A DNA stretch of 64,000 bases from an uncultured bacterium. GTDB lineage: Bacteria; Patescibacteriota; Andersenbacteria; UBA10190; CAIZMI01. Position 1 is the stretch's first letter. Each line of letters begins with the position of its first letter. Both the position numbers and the translations under genes were made by a program. Below the pieces are notes generated by a model that ran no database searches, was not told the DNA's origin, and worked only from the letters and a program-made list of their open reading frames with translations. Positions 23,285 through 32,519 of the stretch are shown in pieces. The stretch covers positions 424 to 64,423 of the forward strand of contig CAIZMI010000015.1 in NCBI GenBank assembly GCA_903934015.1, written 5' to 3'.

Positions 23285-23405
23285 TGAAATGACCAATACC
23301 CAATTCCCAATGAATGACCAATTTTTTAATGTCCAATTCGAAACCTTGGTCATTTGAAAATTAGTTATTGAGTGGATATTGGTCATTGTGGTTTGGTCAT
23401 TTGCA
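23285..23405. promoter_or_regulatory. Array of five ATGACCAA / TTGGTCAT motifs (2 forward, 3 reverse) upstream of gene 23480
   Basis: Motifs at 23289, 23313 (forward) and 23346, 23379, 23393 (reverse). The same motif forms the stem of one tRNA-trailer hairpin (35550..35600). Confidence 0.5.
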
Positions 23406-23479
23406 AGCTTCAGTTGTTTGCGAATCAGACGGTATCACAATAATTTATTTTTTCGTCAAACTTTGGTAAACTGTTCTCA

Positions 23480-24271
23480 ATGGTTCTCAAACACCGAACA
23501 ATAAAACAAATAGTGATTGCGTGTATCTTCTTTGGTTTTTGGGGTTCGCTTGCCGGACTGATTTTTTGGTTGACTTACACACCGCCGGCGGCTGCGCCGC
23601 CAACTCCCAAGACTGCATTACCGTTGCAGGTGATTGCGACAAAAATTATTGCTACCACTCCCGGAAAGGGTGATTTGGTTGGAACACTGCGAAATCCAAA
23701 TCCAAACGCGGGGGCGGTACGTTTTCAGTATAAGTTTACAATTTCCGCTAACAGTCAAAATCCGCAGATTGTAACAGGCGAATCATTTATCTTGCCAAGT
23801 GATCAAAAATATTTGACGGCATTTAATTATGATATTCCGGCGGGGGCCACCGCAACATTAGAAGTAATTAATCCGCAGTGGGTGTTTGTTGATAGTACTT
23901 TCGCGCCACCGGAAATTGTATTGATTAATAAGCCGACGAATATTATTTCAGGTCCTACAATTGATACTTTTCAGTTGAAGGGATTGCTTGCTAATCAAAG
24001 TAATGTTGATTATACGCGCGTGGAAGTGACTATTGTCGGTTTGGACGCGCAGGGTGAAATGATTGGCGCGAGTAAGACTTTTATGGGCGCGTTCTTGTCG
24101 GCGGAGCGTCGCGAGTTTACCGCGCAGTGGCCGTTAAATAAGGGGGCAACGGTGTCGGATTTTAAAGTTGTTCCGGAAGTAAATGTCTTTTTGTCGGATG
24201 CGATTCAACAACGACAAGGGATTCAGGATATTCGCGATTTACAGAATCCTGCCATGCCAGCAGGGAACTAG
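23480..24271 (+). CDS. Hypothetical secreted or membrane-anchored protein
   Basis: N-terminal TM IVIACIFFGFWGSLAGLIFWLTY followed by a Pro/Ala-rich linker. No family recognised. Confidence 0.55.
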   Translation: MVLKHRTIKQIVIACIFFGFWGSLAGLIFWLTYTPPAAAPPTPKTALPLQVIATKIIATTPGKGDLVGTLRNPNPNAGAVRFQYKFTISANSQNPQIVTGESFILPSDQKYLTAFNYDIPAGATATLEVINPQWVFVDSTFAPPEIVLINKPTNIISGPTIDTFQLKGLLANQSNVDYTRVEVTIVGLDAQGEMIGASKTFMGAFLSAERREFTAQWPLNKGATVSDFKVVPEVNVFLSDAIQQRQGIQDIRDLQNPAMPAGN

Positions 24272-24275
24272 TTGC

Positions 24276-24381
24276 CGTTGTCTTTGCAAGCCATTGACCA
24301 TTCGTGAGTCCGCCAACTGGCGGAGGGCAAGGCGTGGCAATTTCCCGCGTCGTAATTTTGGTGAGATTGCTTCGCCTCGCC
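24276..24381. repeat. GC-rich repeat element R1 (long form, copy B, with an extra inner hairpin ccgccaactggcgg)
   Basis: gtctttgcaagccattgaccattcgtgag...gggcaaggcgtggcaatttcc...gagattgcttcgcctcgc. Confidence 0.75.
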
Positions 24382-24428
24382 CGACTACTTCAATGGTCAC
24401 AACTAAATTTGTGCGCTATTAATATAGA

Positions 24429-25559
24429 GTGATTATTCGAGATGTTTTTCGACGGAGTGATCCCGCACTTTGGGGAAGTGCCTTACTTTTGACTGTGATA
24501 AGTATGGTTTTGCTAGGCACGGGAAGCGATTCAGCAAATCTTGGATATTTTTTGCGCCAGGGCGCAGCTGCCGCCCTTGGAATTATTGCAATGTTTATTA
24601 TTGCTCGTACGCATTATACTTTTGCGCGGTCATTATCTTCGACAATGTTTATTGTGTTAATAGTTTTGCTTTTGGTCGTGTTACAAGGAAGGATTATTCG
24701 TGGCGCGACTTCGTGGTTGGTCTTTAGCGGTTTTCACTTGCAACCCGGTGAAATTGCAAAAGCAATAATTCTAGTGGTAATCGCAAAAATATTAGGGGAA
24801 AGTAAGCGGGGGGTAGCTTCAGTAGCCGTGTTGTTTCGAACAATTTTATTTGCTGGTATCCCGATTATTATGGTTTTTTTGCAACCTGATTTTGGGACCG
24901 GAATGTTATTGGTAATGATTTGGTTTGGCATGATTGCCGTGGCCGGTCTTACGCGTAAGCAATTTTTTAGTTTGGCGGTGCTTGCTGTTGTTATTTTCGC
25001 GAGTGGTTGGTTTTTCTTTCTTAAACCTTATCAAAAGGATCGAGTATCCGTGTTTTTAAATCCCGGTGCCGATCCACTTGGGCGTGGTTACACTGTTTTG
25101 CAGTCTGTTACGGCATTTGGGTCAGGTGGATTTTGGGGCAGGGGTCTTGGATATGGTCCGCAAAGTCGGTTAAACTTTTTACCCGAGAATAGGACAGATT
25201 TTATTTTTGCGCGCATTGGCGAAGAATTGGGATTGGTGGGTGTTTTGGGCGTGTTGTCTCTTTATGGAGTAATTCTTTGGCGCATGTTGGTTGCCGCCTC
25301 AAAAACAACCGACTCGTTTGGGCGAGCGATTGCGGTTGGCGCATTTGTGGTCTTGCTTAGCGGTGTAGTGGTTAATGCCGGTATGAATATTGGTCTTTTG
25401 CCTGTAACCGGCGTTCCTTTACCGTTTATTTCCTATGGTGGAAGTAGTCTTTTGACAATGTTCATTATTGTTGGTTTGGTTGAGAGTGTCATTATTCACG
25501 GAGAATCTTGGGAGGTTAATGATACAAGTGATGTGGTAACATTGTCGTTGGGAGGGTAA
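24429..25559 (+). CDS. ftsW: SEDS-family peptidoglycan glycosyltransferase (FtsW/RodA)
   Basis: Ten TM helices with conserved SEDS motifs (LQPDFGTGMLL, GSGGFWGRGLGYG). Confidence 0.8.
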   Translation: MIIRDVFRRSDPALWGSALLLTVISMVLLGTGSDSANLGYFLRQGAAAALGIIAMFIIARTHYTFARSLSSTMFIVLIVLLLVVLQGRIIRGATSWLVFSGFHLQPGEIAKAIILVVIAKILGESKRGVASVAVLFRTILFAGIPIIMVFLQPDFGTGMLLVMIWFGMIAVAGLTRKQFFSLAVLAVVIFASGWFFFLKPYQKDRVSVFLNPGADPLGRGYTVLQSVTAFGSGGFWGRGLGYGPQSRLNFLPENRTDFIFARIGEELGLVGVLGVLSLYGVILWRMLVAASKTTDSFGRAIAVGAFVVLLSGVVVNAGMNIGLLPVTGVPLPFISYGGSSLLTMFIIVGLVESVIIHGESWEVNDTSDVVTLSLGG

Positions 25560-25685
25560 GTGCGGGAGTGAGAAAAGTCGTGAGGCCGGTTGAAAGAGAA
25601 AAATTACTCATACTTCCTGTGTGAAGGCGGTGCTGTTTGACAAAAAGGTCTCCCTTGTTTAATATTTACTCATAAAGCAAAGAAT

Positions 25686-26021
25686 ATGTTTGATGAAGTG
25701 AATCAATTGATCTCCCGTTGTCCGCTTTGTAATGCGGGCTATCGGGTAGAGGACGCGCAAATCATCGAAACTACCGATGAATCTTCTACTGTTTATGTGG
25801 AATGTCCGCGTTGTAAAAGTTCAATTATGGCCGTCGTAGCCATGAGTGGTATGGGTATGATTTCTCTTGGAATGGTAACGGACATGACCAGGGAAGATAT
25901 TGAAAAGTTTCGCCTTACTCCAAGTGTGAGTGGAAACGAGTTGCTGGAAATGATCCAACTGCTAAAGCGTCAAGATAGATCCGTTGTTCGAGAATTAACT
26001 AAAGAAACCGATGTCTATTAA
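25686..26021 (+). CDS. Hypothetical zinc-ribbon protein
   Basis: Two CxxC pairs (CPLCNAG ... CPRCKSS). 111 aa. Confidence 0.45.
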   Translation: MFDEVNQLISRCPLCNAGYRVEDAQIIETTDESSTVYVECPRCKSSIMAVVAMSGMGMISLGMVTDMTREDIEKFRLTPSVSGNELLEMIQLLKRQDRSVVRELTKETDVY

Positions 26022-26751
26022 TAAAATCCATCAAATTGAAGCTCAACCTCGCGCAAAAGCGGGGCGTAAGGCAAAAAATGTCCGCATCGGCGGAGCTATT
26101 CCATGTATTCTTTATGGTAACGGTATTGCCAATGTTCAGATTGCAATAAATCAAAAAGCGTTTGAAAAGATTTTACCGGAATTATCTCACAGCACGTTAA
26201 TAAATTTGGTGATTGAGGGCGAAAAAGAAGGTCGCGCGGTTTTGGTTTCAGAGGTGCAACGTAATCCTATGACCGGACTTCCACAACACATCGATTTTCA
26301 TGAAGTTAACTTGAAGGAATCTATCGAAGCTACTGTGCCGTTGATTTTTCAAGGAGAATCATTTGCTGTTAAGGATTTGGCGGGAACTTTGGTAAAGAGT
26401 TTGAGTGAAATTAGAGTATCGGCCTTACCGCAAGATTTGCCGGAAAATATTATCGTTGATATTGGGGCATTGAAGGATTTTGAATCTCGTGTCACTATCG
26501 CTGATTTAAATATTTCCGACAAAGTGAAGGTTTTGGATAATATGGAAGAAATTGTTGCTGTTGTCACTCCTCCTCGTTCTGAAGCTGAAATGGAAGAATT
26601 GAACAAGGAAGTGGAAGAAAATGCCGGTGAAGTGAAGACTGAGGGCGACGAGAAGAAAGCCGCCAAGGAAGCCGAAGCAGCCGCTGAAGGTGCACCGGAA
26701 GGCGACAAGAAGGAAGCTAAGAAAGAAGTTAAAAAAGAAGAGAAGAAGTAA
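26011..26751 (+). CDS. rplY: 50S ribosomal protein L25 / general stress protein Ctc, with a K/E-rich C-terminal tail
   Basis: L25 domain (PRAKAGRKAKNVRIGGAIPCILYG) plus an extended acidic/basic tail. Confidence 0.8.
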   Translation: MSINKIHQIEAQPRAKAGRKAKNVRIGGAIPCILYGNGIANVQIAINQKAFEKILPELSHSTLINLVIEGEKEGRAVLVSEVQRNPMTGLPQHIDFHEVNLKESIEATVPLIFQGESFAVKDLAGTLVKSLSEIRVSALPQDLPENIIVDIGALKDFESRVTIADLNISDKVKVLDNMEEIVAVVTPPRSEAEMEELNKEVEENAGEVKTEGDEKKAAKEAEAAAEGAPEGDKKEAKKEVKKEEKK

Positions 26752-26832
26752 TCTTACTGAAATATTGAACCAATCCCCGCGCAAGCGGGGATTATGGTAG
26801 ATACTTAGGAATATCTTTGGTATTATTTTCGT

Positions 26833-27432
26833 ATGATTAAAGCAGTAATTTTTGATTTAGGTGGGGTACTTTTTACAAATGGGACAAAAAAATTTGCCAC
26901 CGATTTGTGTTCCCGTCATGGACTGGAAATGAATTTTGTAAAAGAAGTGTTGGATGGTGAGTTGGGAAGTTTGTATCGCGAAGCGAAAATATCCAGGAAT
27001 GATTTTTGGAAACAAGTCCTGATCAAGCTGAACATTGCCGAAGATATTGATCTGTTGGAGAAAGAATGGATTGATGATTATGAGCTTATTGACGGCACTA
27101 AAATTATTATAAGTGAGTTGGCGAAAAAATATCGAGTATTATATCTTTCCGATAATATTAAGGAACGTGTTGAGGCGCTTGATAAAATGTATGGATTTGT
27201 TGGCTGGTTTAGCGGTGGTGTGTTTTCCCATGAAGCGGGCGTCAGGAAACCAAACCCGAAAATTTATGAGTTGGCGCTAAAGGAAGCCGGCGTCGAGGCG
27301 AGCGAAGCTTTGTTTGTTGACGACAAAGAGTCATGTTTAGAAACGGCAAGAGAGATGGGAATGGAAACAGTCTTATTTGAAACGCCGGAGAAGCTAAGAG
27401 AATCTTTGTTGGCAACCGGATTACTTGAGTAG
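26833..27432 (+). CDS. HAD-superfamily hydrolase
   Basis: Motif I VIFDLGGVLF, plus the downstream HAD motifs. Confidence 0.7.
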   Translation: MIKAVIFDLGGVLFTNGTKKFATDLCSRHGLEMNFVKEVLDGELGSLYREAKISRNDFWKQVLIKLNIAEDIDLLEKEWIDDYELIDGTKIIISELAKKYRVLYLSDNIKERVEALDKMYGFVGWFSGGVFSHEAGVRKPNPKIYELALKEAGVEASEALFVDDKESCLETAREMGMETVLFETPEKLRESLLATGLLE

Positions 27433-27456
27433 TTTTTTGATTGCTTAAGGTCTTTC

Positions 27457-28380
27457 TTAGAGCAACGACCACTTGCTCACGAAAGGCGTTACTTCTTGGG
27501 GTTTAAATTCGGGTATAAATTCATGGGCTAGTTCCCATAGGGCGCGGCGTTGTTTTGGGTTGTGTTCGAGCAATAAGTGTTGAAGAGATTTCCTGGTTTG
27601 TTCGAAACGCGCGATTTGAGCGAAGAAACGACGAAATACGGCAAGACCGTCCGGGCCGCCTTCCAGGGCCCCTTGGGGTTCAAATGTTAAGCCGATTGTG
27701 TCAGGTTTGGTGTGAGCATTTCTTAATTCATCTGTTGTCACATAAGGTAGATTGGAAACAATAATATTCGGCGAAAGTTCAGTGGGAATTTCGTTGAGCA
27801 GGTCGCTGGCAAAAAACGTAACGCGTTTGGCAGCGCGATATTTTCTTGCATTGCGAGCAGCCACTTTTAGGGCCGTTCCGGATTTGTCCGTGGCGATGAT
27901 TTTTGCTTTTGGGATCTCGAGAGCGAGTGAGACAGCTATTACACCTGAACCGGTGCCAATATCCGCTATGATTGGCGTGGGTGTATGACGCGACGGATTC
28001 CTGCTCTCGGGCAGGAATGACACTTCGATAGATTGCTTACAGATTCTGATACATTCCTCAACTATCGCTTCGGTTTCGGGGCGGGGGACTAATACATTTT
28101 TATTGACGATAAATTTTCGTCCATAAAAATATTGGTTGCCTGTTAGATAGGGAATTGGCACGCCTTTTATTCGTTGCATCAGCCAGTGTCGATATTTTGC
28201 CGTCTGGTTAAATGTAAGTTTTTCCTCGTTGTGGGCGATTAAAAACTCGCGTGGATTTTTGATCGCTTCAGACAATAATATTTCCGCATCCACACCAAAA
28301 CTAGGCGAGCTGGTTCGCAGATACACAACCCCTTCGCGCAGGGCTTCTTTGATGGTTAATAGTTTAGTGCTTTGTTTCAT
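27457..28380 (-). CDS. prmC: Release factor glutamine N5-methyltransferase (HemK/PrmC)
   Basis: DIGTGSGVIAVSLA SAM-binding motif and the SNLPY (NPPY) motif. Lies adjacent to prfA. Confidence 0.85.
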   Translation of the reverse strand: MKQSTKLLTIKEALREGVVYLRTSSPSFGVDAEILLSEAIKNPREFLIAHNEEKLTFNQTAKYRHWLMQRIKGVPIPYLTGNQYFYGRKFIVNKNVLVPRPETEAIVEECIRICKQSIEVSFLPESRNPSRHTPTPIIADIGTGSGVIAVSLALEIPKAKIIATDKSGTALKVAARNARKYRAAKRVTFFASDLLNEIPTELSPNIIVSNLPYVTTDELRNAHTKPDTIGLTFEPQGALEGGPDGLAVFRRFFAQIARFEQTRKSLQHLLLEHNPKQRRALWELAHEFIPEFKPQEVTPFVSKWSLL

Positions 28381-28391
28381 AAATTGCGTGC

Positions 28392-28455
28392 GACTTTAAG
28401 GGTCACCCCTAAAGTAGTGTTTTACTTTAGGGGTGACCCTTAAAGTGACTTAAAG
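28392..28455. repeat. Palindromic element R3 (copy 2), between prfA and prmC
   Basis: gactttaagggtcacccctaaagtagtgttttactttaggggtgacccttaaagtgacttaaag. It has the same architecture as 18178..18240, with compensating inner-stem changes. Confidence 0.75.
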
Positions 28456-29508
28456 AGATTCGCCGAGAGCCTTGTTTTCATTGGCGTCGCGAATGGTATC
28501 GATGATGTCGATGATGTTTCCATCCATGATTTGATTTAAACCGTGCCAGGATTCTTTGATACGGTGATCGGTAAGGCGGTCCTGCGGAAAATTGTACGTA
28601 CGAATTTTTTCACTGCGGTCGCCTGTGCCGATTTGGGTACGGCGGGCCACACCCTCTTTATTTTGTTGATCTTCAATTTGTTTGGCTAAAATGCGGGAAC
28701 GCAGTACTTCCATTGCCGATTCTTTGTTTTGGGCTTGTCCACGCTCGTTTTGACTTTGCGCGACGGTGCCTGTTGGAATGTGGGTAATACGCACCGCCGA
28801 GCTGGTTTTCTGGACGTTTTGCCCGCCATGACCGCCGGCGCGATAAGTTTCAACGCGTAAATCTTCAGGGCGAATTTCGACGTCTACTTGTTCCGCTTTT
28901 GGCAATACTACGACGGTTGCCGTAGAGGTGTGAATACGTCCCATTTTTTCAGTTACCGGAATTCTTTGAACGCGATGGACACCACTTTCAAACTGTAATG
29001 CTCCATATGCACCCTTGCCAACCATTTCAAAAATAATTTCTTTGAACCCACCGGCTTCATTGTGGTTTTCATCAACTAAGTGGGTTTTCCAGTTTTGTGC
29101 TTCCGCAAAACGCATATACATTTTTAGAAGATCGGAAGCGAATAAGGATGCTTCATCACCACCGGCGCCAGCGCGGATTTCTATTACTACGTTTTTGTCA
29201 GCGTATTCATCTTTAGGGAGAAGGGAATGTCTAAGTTCTTTTTCGGCCAGAGTAAGTTCTTCCTGGGTTTTTGGTAGTTCATCCAATGCTAAAATTTTTA
29301 GTTCATTGTCTTCTTCCTGTAAGATGTTTTGGTTTTCTTGTACGGTGTTTCTCAAGTCATCCACTCGATGTTTAATATCCATGATTTTTTGGAGTTCCGA
29401 ATGACGCGATGATATCGTGGCAATTTCGGCGTGCGAAAGTCCGTTGAGAGAACTCAATTTTTCAGTAAGTTGTAGGTATTCTTTTTCAATATCAATTAAG
29501 GAAGGCAT
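28450..29508 (-). CDS. prfA: Peptide chain release factor 1
   Basis: GGQ motif (GGHGGQNVQKTSSAVRITHIPTG) and PVT tripeptide. 352 aa. Confidence 0.9.
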   Translation of the reverse strand: MPSLIDIEKEYLQLTEKLSSLNGLSHAEIATISSRHSELQKIMDIKHRVDDLRNTVQENQNILQEEDNELKILALDELPKTQEELTLAEKELRHSLLPKDEYADKNVVIEIRAGAGGDEASLFASDLLKMYMRFAEAQNWKTHLVDENHNEAGGFKEIIFEMVGKGAYGALQFESGVHRVQRIPVTEKMGRIHTSTATVVVLPKAEQVDVEIRPEDLRVETYRAGGHGGQNVQKTSSAVRITHIPTGTVAQSQNERGQAQNKESAMEVLRSRILAKQIEDQQNKEGVARRTQIGTGDRSEKIRTYNFPQDRLTDHRIKESWHGLNQIMDGNIIDIIDTIRDANENKALGESL

Positions 29509-29551
29509 GATCTATTTTTAGCGTGAAAACTTAAATAAAGCGAGGGCCAAG

Positions 29552-29650
29552 CGTCGTCTTTGCAAGCCATCGACCATTCTTTAGAATGGGCGAGGCGTGG
29601 CAATCTCAAAAAAACAAGACGCGGGAGATTGTTTCGCCCACGCACCACAA
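29552..29650. repeat. GC-rich repeat element R1 (long form, copy C)
   Basis: cgtcgtctttgcaagccatcgaccattctttagaatgggcgaggcgtggcaatctc...gagattgtttcgcccacgc. Confidence 0.75.
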
Positions 29651-29744
29651 GGGTGCGGGGTTCGCAAGGATGACGAAGGAACAAAACATTTACGAAAACA
29701 TCGTTCCGGAAATACTCGGAACGATGTGTAAAATTAAAATATAA

Positions 29745-30032
29745 CTAACCGATCTTTTTGGACTTTGTGGATTTGCTTTCGCGGAGCTTCTTTGGGGCGC
29801 CTTTGGCGATGATTTTGGCTTCCTTCTGTTTCTTTGTCTTTTCAACCAATTTCGCAAAGCGCTCGACGCGACCGGCGGTGTCCATGATCTTCTTGGTGCC
29901 CGTGTAGAAAGGATGGCAGGCAGAACATGCTTCTGTGAATATTTCGGCTTTTGTAGAGCCTACTTTAAAAGAATTGCCACAAGCACAGGTAACTTGAGCT
30001 TCTTGGTATTCTGGGTGGATTTCAGGTTTCAT
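29745..30032 (-). CDS. rpmE: 50S ribosomal protein L31 (with a C-terminal basic extension)
   Basis: [45 protein letters not shown]. Confidence 0.85.
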   Translation of the reverse strand: MKPEIHPEYQEAQVTCACGNSFKVGSTKAEIFTEACSACHPFYTGTKKIMDTAGRVERFAKLVEKTKKQKEAKIIAKGAPKKLRESKSTKSKKIG

Positions 30033-30177
30033 AACTCCATTATTATAGATAAAAGCTATTTTTTGTCAATTTCGTGTACATCTACCACCTTTACGTTATT
30101 TTGAAGGTTGGTATACTGGGGTTTATCGGAGTGGGCGTTCTTTTTTTGTTTTTTGACTATCAGCAGGAGGTCTGGTC

Positions 30178-30381
30178 ATGAGTGGCAAGGGGACCGAGAA
30201 TACAGGGGTCTCACATCCGGACAACGTGGCGAAGGTTGCGCAAATGGCGGCATCGGCACAGGGGCGACGGTTGCCCGAACCCAAAAGGTTAAACATGGGA
30301 GGTCAAGAAAGAGCAGAAATTGAAAGAAGGCCTATGCCGGCAAGAAGTCCACCCCCGGAGCACTTGGTGGGCGATGCGTGA
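30178..30381 (+). CDS. Hypothetical small protein (67 aa)
   Basis: Strong SD AGGAGG 7 nt upstream. Followed by terminator 30406..30440. GC-rich and low complexity. Confidence 0.35.
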   Translation: MSGKGTENTGVSHPDNVAKVAQMAASAQGRRLPEPKRLNMGGQERAEIERRPMPARSPPPEHLVGDA

Positions 30382-30405
30382 CGTAGTGGGTCCGAAATTG
30401 TGGTA

Positions 30406-30440
30406 ACCCTTTCGCTGTTATGTGAAAGGGTATTTTTTTT
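30406..30440 (+). terminator. Rho-independent terminator
   Basis: accctttcgctgttatgtgaaagggt followed by atttttttt. Confidence 0.65.
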
Positions 30441-30528
30441 AATATATTCATTGACATTTTTTGATTCTAGGAACAAACTATTTCGTCGGTTGTTTGTTTT
30501 TAGTCCACTAACCTTATGGAGGTGACAG

Positions 30529-30825
30529 ATGTTCGGACGTAGGCGGGAATTATTGCAACAACGAGTTCATGATGTGGCGCGGATCCAATTTTTCGCGTCG
30601 ATCGCGATGGTGATCGGTGTGGTACTGCTCACCATCGGCTACGAGTACGACTTCGTTAACTTCGCCAATAGGACTTCGGTCGTTCGTTTCGGCTTCTACA
30701 CATTGCTCGTGGCGAGCATCATCGTGGGAGTATTGGCAAGGTTTGTTCTGTGGGGGAATAAGGCCCCCGTAACGCTTTTGTCGGTTGAGCAGAAACCAAA
30801 GATACATTTGGCGCCAGTCGATTGA
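30529..30825 (+). CDS. Hypothetical small membrane protein
   Basis: SD ggagg upstream. Two hydrophobic helices. 98 aa. Confidence 0.5.
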   Translation: MFGRRRELLQQRVHDVARIQFFASIAMVIGVVLLTIGYEYDFVNFANRTSVVRFGFYTLLVASIIVGVLARFVLWGNKAPVTLLSVEQKPKIHLAPVD

Positions 30826-30989
30826 ATTTCTCCTTTTCAGGATAAGTGGAATAAATTCGGTAGTAATCCCAAGGCTTGCCTTGGGTATTTTTTGATCATT
30901 GACTTTTTTAATATCAAAGTATACATTTTTGAGTCGGGTTTGTTCGTTGTTACTTACAAGAAGGCCACAAGAAGAAAAAGGAAACAAAG

Positions 30990-31352
30990 ATGTCGAAGAT
31001 GTCGAGAATTACTGTTGAATCGTTAAGTGAGAGAAGGCTTCGTGCCATTTTGGCGTACTTTGCTGAACTCGCGCCAAACGTCGTTGAGTGGGAAGGTAAA
31101 ATTCCCTCATTTCTCACGACGATTGCCGAGAGTCCCACGAAGGAGAAAACCCTTCAGGTTGGTATGCTGACGACCGCTTGTAAGCTGCAAATTTGTTGTA
31201 CGGGCGTAGAATGTTGGTTCGTGCTTGTTGAGGGGCAAAAGACAAGCATCGAACAGTTTGCACACTTGCTGTGCGCTATTTGTGGTGTGAAGCAAGAAGT
31301 GGTTGTTGATGGGTGCAAGAACCTGTCAGCACAACAGGCAACTATGCTGTAG
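30990..31352 (+). CDS. Hypothetical protein
   Basis: 120-aa ORF with an aaggaaa SD-like sequence upstream and terminator 31376..31404 downstream. Confidence 0.4.
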   Translation: MSKMSRITVESLSERRLRAILAYFAELAPNVVEWEGKIPSFLTTIAESPTKEKTLQVGMLTTACKLQICCTGVECWFVLVEGQKTSIEQFAHLLCAICGVKQEVVVDGCKNLSAQQATML

Positions 31353-31375
31353 TACCTTCTTGTGTCCACCTGGTT

Positions 31376-31404
31376 CAACCGGCCACTAGGGTCGGTTTTT
31401 TTTG
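31376..31404 (+). terminator. Rho-independent terminator
   Basis: aaccggccactagggtcggtt followed by ttttttt. Confidence 0.6.
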
Positions 31405-31595
31405 TATATATCGTCGATCCTTGCCTAAAAACTACTTCTTTGTTAGATTATCACCACAAGTTTATTAGCTAATTTATCTCACATTCGTCTTGTTTCCCAT
31501 TGGGAAGGCACTTCATTCCTTGCTAGTTTAATCTGAGCCTGTCGAAGATATAACTGGTATTTGAAGAGCGACGAAGAGGAAGAAAGGATCAATTT

Positions 31596-32318
31596 ATGTC
31601 GTTACCAAGTTTAGTAGACCTTCTTGAGGCCGGTGTCCACTTTGGACACGAAACGTCCAAATGGAACCCCAAGATGAAGCCATATATTTTTACGGAACGT
31701 AATCACATCCACGTGATGGATTTACAGCAAACATTAAGCTCTCTTGAAAAGGCGGCCACTTTTGCGCGCAATATCGCAGGTAAAGGTGGGGTAGTGTTGT
31801 TTGTCGGAACCAAAAGACAGGCTCGTGCCATTGTTAAGGCCGAGGCTGAACGTTGTGGAATGCCGTTTATTACCACGCGTTGGTTGGGTGGAACATTCAC
31901 CAATTTTGAAACAATTTTGAAAAGCATTAATAAATTGGAAAATTTCCGGATTACACTGGAATCTCCTGAAGCGGAAATGCTTACGAAGAAAGAGCGTGCG
32001 GTGTTGAAAAATGAAATCAAACGTTTAGATGATGTTTTGCAAGGGTTAAAGGAATTGCGCAAAATGCCCAATGCTGTGTTTTTAGTTGGCGCGCACAACG
32101 AAAAAATTGCCGTGAAAGAAGCTGTTCGGCGTAAGGTTCCGACAATTGCTTTGGTTGATACTAATGCCGACCCATCCGTTATCGATTATCCGATTCCTGC
32201 CAATGACGACGCAGTACGGTCTTTGGAAGTGGTCGTAAAAGTTATCGCTGACGCCATCATTGAAGGTAAGGGTGGGATCAAGGTGGTTGATGTGGCCACC
32301 ACAGCCGTTAAGGGGTAG
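31596..32318 (+). CDS. rpsB: 30S ribosomal protein S2
   Basis: [24 protein letters not shown]. Confidence 0.95.
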   Translation: MSLPSLVDLLEAGVHFGHETSKWNPKMKPYIFTERNHIHVMDLQQTLSSLEKAATFARNIAGKGGVVLFVGTKRQARAIVKAEAERCGMPFITTRWLGGTFTNFETILKSINKLENFRITLESPEAEMLTKKERAVLKNEIKRLDDVLQGLKELRKMPNAVFLVGAHNEKIAVKEAVRRKVPTIALVDTNADPSVIDYPIPANDDAVRSLEVVVKVIADAIIEGKGGIKVVDVATTAVKG

Positions 32319-32333
32319 TATTATTAATAATAA

Positions 32334-32512
32334 GGGCTTGATAATTAATAATCGCCTTATCTTATGTCCAATCCATCTCCAAATACAACTGCTTCTCAAT
32401 CAAAAATCTTTCAACGTATGTCAAATACGTCTCAAGATTTTGTTCAATCAAAGACAGTCATCTTTGAAGCGCATTGAACATAATCTTAAAGCGTTTATTA
32501 ATTATCAAGCCC
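32334..32512. repeat. MITE-like ~180-bp element with ~22-bp terminal inverted repeats (R10, copy 1), inserted between rpsB and tsf
   Basis: Left TIR gggcttgataattaataatcgc, right TIR gcgtttattaattatcaagccc. Internal nested inverted repeats (attttgttcaat/attgaacat). Homologous to 54380..54556. Confidence 0.75.
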
Positions 32513-32519
32513 TAAAAAA

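Noticed and set aside
22871-23386. 171-aa minus-strand ORF overlapping 22776..23198
   Set aside because: The plus-strand ORF has a good SD, an upstream promoter and a downstream terminator. The minus ORF runs through that terminator and the ATGACCAA motif array.
26560-26751. K/E-rich low-complexity C-terminal tail of L25, with an overlapping antisense ORF, as a separate gene
   Set aside because: It is continuous in frame with the L25 domain. Charged tails on r-proteins are common in small-genome bacteria.
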